The notes beneath the pieces are model-generated. The model saw only the letters and a list, made by a program, of their open reading frames with translations. It was not told the DNA's origin and ran no database searches. The translations under genes were made by a program, and so were the position numbers. Below are positions 62,945 to 64,000 of a stretch of DNA of 64,000 nucleotides, piece by piece. Position 1 is the first letter of the stretch. The number at the start of each line of letters is the position of its first letter. The stretch is from a virus (lineage: Duplodnaviria > Caudoviricetes), in the IMG/VR virus record IMGVR_UViG_3300036982_000125, positions 1 through 64,000 of that record; one strand, given 5' to 3'.

Positions 62945-64000
62945 TTATAAGAACCATGATTTTGAATTAGCACCACCAGTAGCTCCAGACGTTTTAGCCT
63001 TTGTTACTTGTCTTGCAACTTCCCCAAATAATTGATCAGATTTTTTTGTAACACCTGATCTTTGTATGGTTGATAATGTAGGATCTTTTTCTAACATCTT
63101 AAGAATAAGTCCCACCTTAACTTTCTGTGCATGATTCTCTGGTCTTTTAAGATCCAAAATAGCACGATCAAAATCAGTTAAGGTTTCTCCTGAAGGAGTT
63201 TTCCATTTATCAACTAATAGGAAGTCTTGTAGTTCTGTTGCTAATTTTGGATTGATTGGAATACCATCAAACTCTTTTGCTTTCACCTTATCATTTAAGA
63301 TGGATTGCACATTATTTATATATTGATTTCTGACTTGAGCTTTTTGTTGTAACTCTTGTTCAGATTTAGCTTCTAAGTCTTGTAACTTAGATGCTTCTTT
63401 TTTAACTAACACTTTATGATGTTTTGTTGCAACACTTTCTAAATCACCGTAGTTCTTTAGTCTTTCAATTTCTGTTACTACATCTTCTGCATCAAAGCCT
63501 TGATTTGTCAAAGCTTGTTTCATTATTTTTTCTTGATTTGCTTCATCAGAAAGATCCATCTCTGCAAATCCAACAACATTGTTATATGTAGTGAAGTAAT
63601 CTTTTGGATCAACTCCTTTTACAAATATGGCATCAAAAGCTTCTTGATAGTCTTCTCCAAATTGTCCAATGAAGTTTTGTACTATTTCACTAGCACCTTT
63701 TTTCTTTTCTTCATTGAATCTTTCTAGAAATTCTTCAGCAGTGTTTACTGGTTCTTGATCATCATCATCAGATGTAAATACACCTAGTTTATAAAGATCA
63801 TTTGCAAGAGCACTAAATTGTGTTCCTTCAGGAGTATCATCTTCTGAATCATCACTTGCTTCATTATCAACTTTTGCAGGTTTTGCAACTTTTGATACTG
63901 GAGCAGAATCATCATCATCTTCATCATCATCACTTAAGAAATCAGCAATCATTGATTGCCCATCTAATTTTTCTTCATCTGTTTTACCATCAACGCTTTT
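62945..64000 (-). CDS. Acidic scaffold-like protein preceding the MCP (5' end outside window)
   Basis: The frame stays open to the edge (KSVDGKTDEEKLDGQSMIADF...); Asp/Glu-rich N-region followed by a helical region. Confidence 0.6.
   Translation of the reverse strand, partial: KSVDGKTDEEKLDGQSMIADFLSDDDEDDDDSAPVSKVAKPAKVDNEASDDSEDDTPEGTQFSALANDLYKLGVFTSDDDDQEPVNTAEEFLERFNEEKKKGASEIVQNFIGQFGEDYQEAFDAIFVKGVDPKDYFTTYNNVVGFAEMDLSDEANQEKIMKQALTNQGFDAEDVVTEIERLKNYGDLESVATKHHKVLVKKEASKLQDLEAKSEQELQQKAQVRNQYINNVQSILNDKVKAKEFDGIPINPKLATELQDFLLVDKWKTPSGETLTDFDRAILDLKRPENHAQKVKVGLILKMLEKDPTLSTIQRSGVTKKSDQLFGEVARQVTKAKTSGATGGANSKSWFL

Noticed and set aside
365-63727. Numerous short plus-strand and alternate-frame ORFs in the track (e.g. 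365-559, 12496-12813, 16638-17270, 54895-55137)
   Set aside because: They are antisense or out-of-frame shadows of long coding genes. The Val-rich and VPEVP-type products are simply the reverse complements of Thr and GTS repeats.
1-64000. Stop-codon reassignment, as seen in some crAss-like phages
   Set aside because: Very long uninterrupted ORFs (up to 4525 aa) and tight gene packing under the standard code; no suppressor tRNA seen.

Overview
The window is a strongly AT-rich, almost entirely minus-strand segment of a large crAss-like (Crassvirales-type) Bacteroidota phage, read in the standard genetic code. Reading along the minus strand from 64 kb down, it holds the virion module: a partial scaffold-like gene, the major capsid protein, ring/connector and auxiliary-capsid-like genes, Cys/Thr-rich fibre and decoration genes, a metallophosphoesterase, ring/HU-like/muzzle tail genes, and five large ejected-cargo genes. 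One cargo gene is a 4525-aa virion RNA polymerase with the DFDID catalytic motif. After these come fibre genes (Gly-Thr-Ser collagen-like, BspA-like LRR), a lysis cassette and a final operon of MAIPSRQIG paralogs plus a protease-like gene. Two GIY-YIG homing endonucleases, an initiator-type tRNA-Met and a structured intergenic RNA after the capsid gene are also present. The most notable signal is an apparent phage-encoded protein O-glycosylation system. It combines a tri-domain glycosyltransferase ending in a TibC/AAH-like domain and a plant HPAT/SGT-like GT with mucin-like poly-Thr/Ser tracts in at least 11 virion-module proteins. Six short ORFs and one edge-truncated ORF missing from the supplied track were translated by hand. 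Family assignments come from motif recognition and gene order, not database searches.
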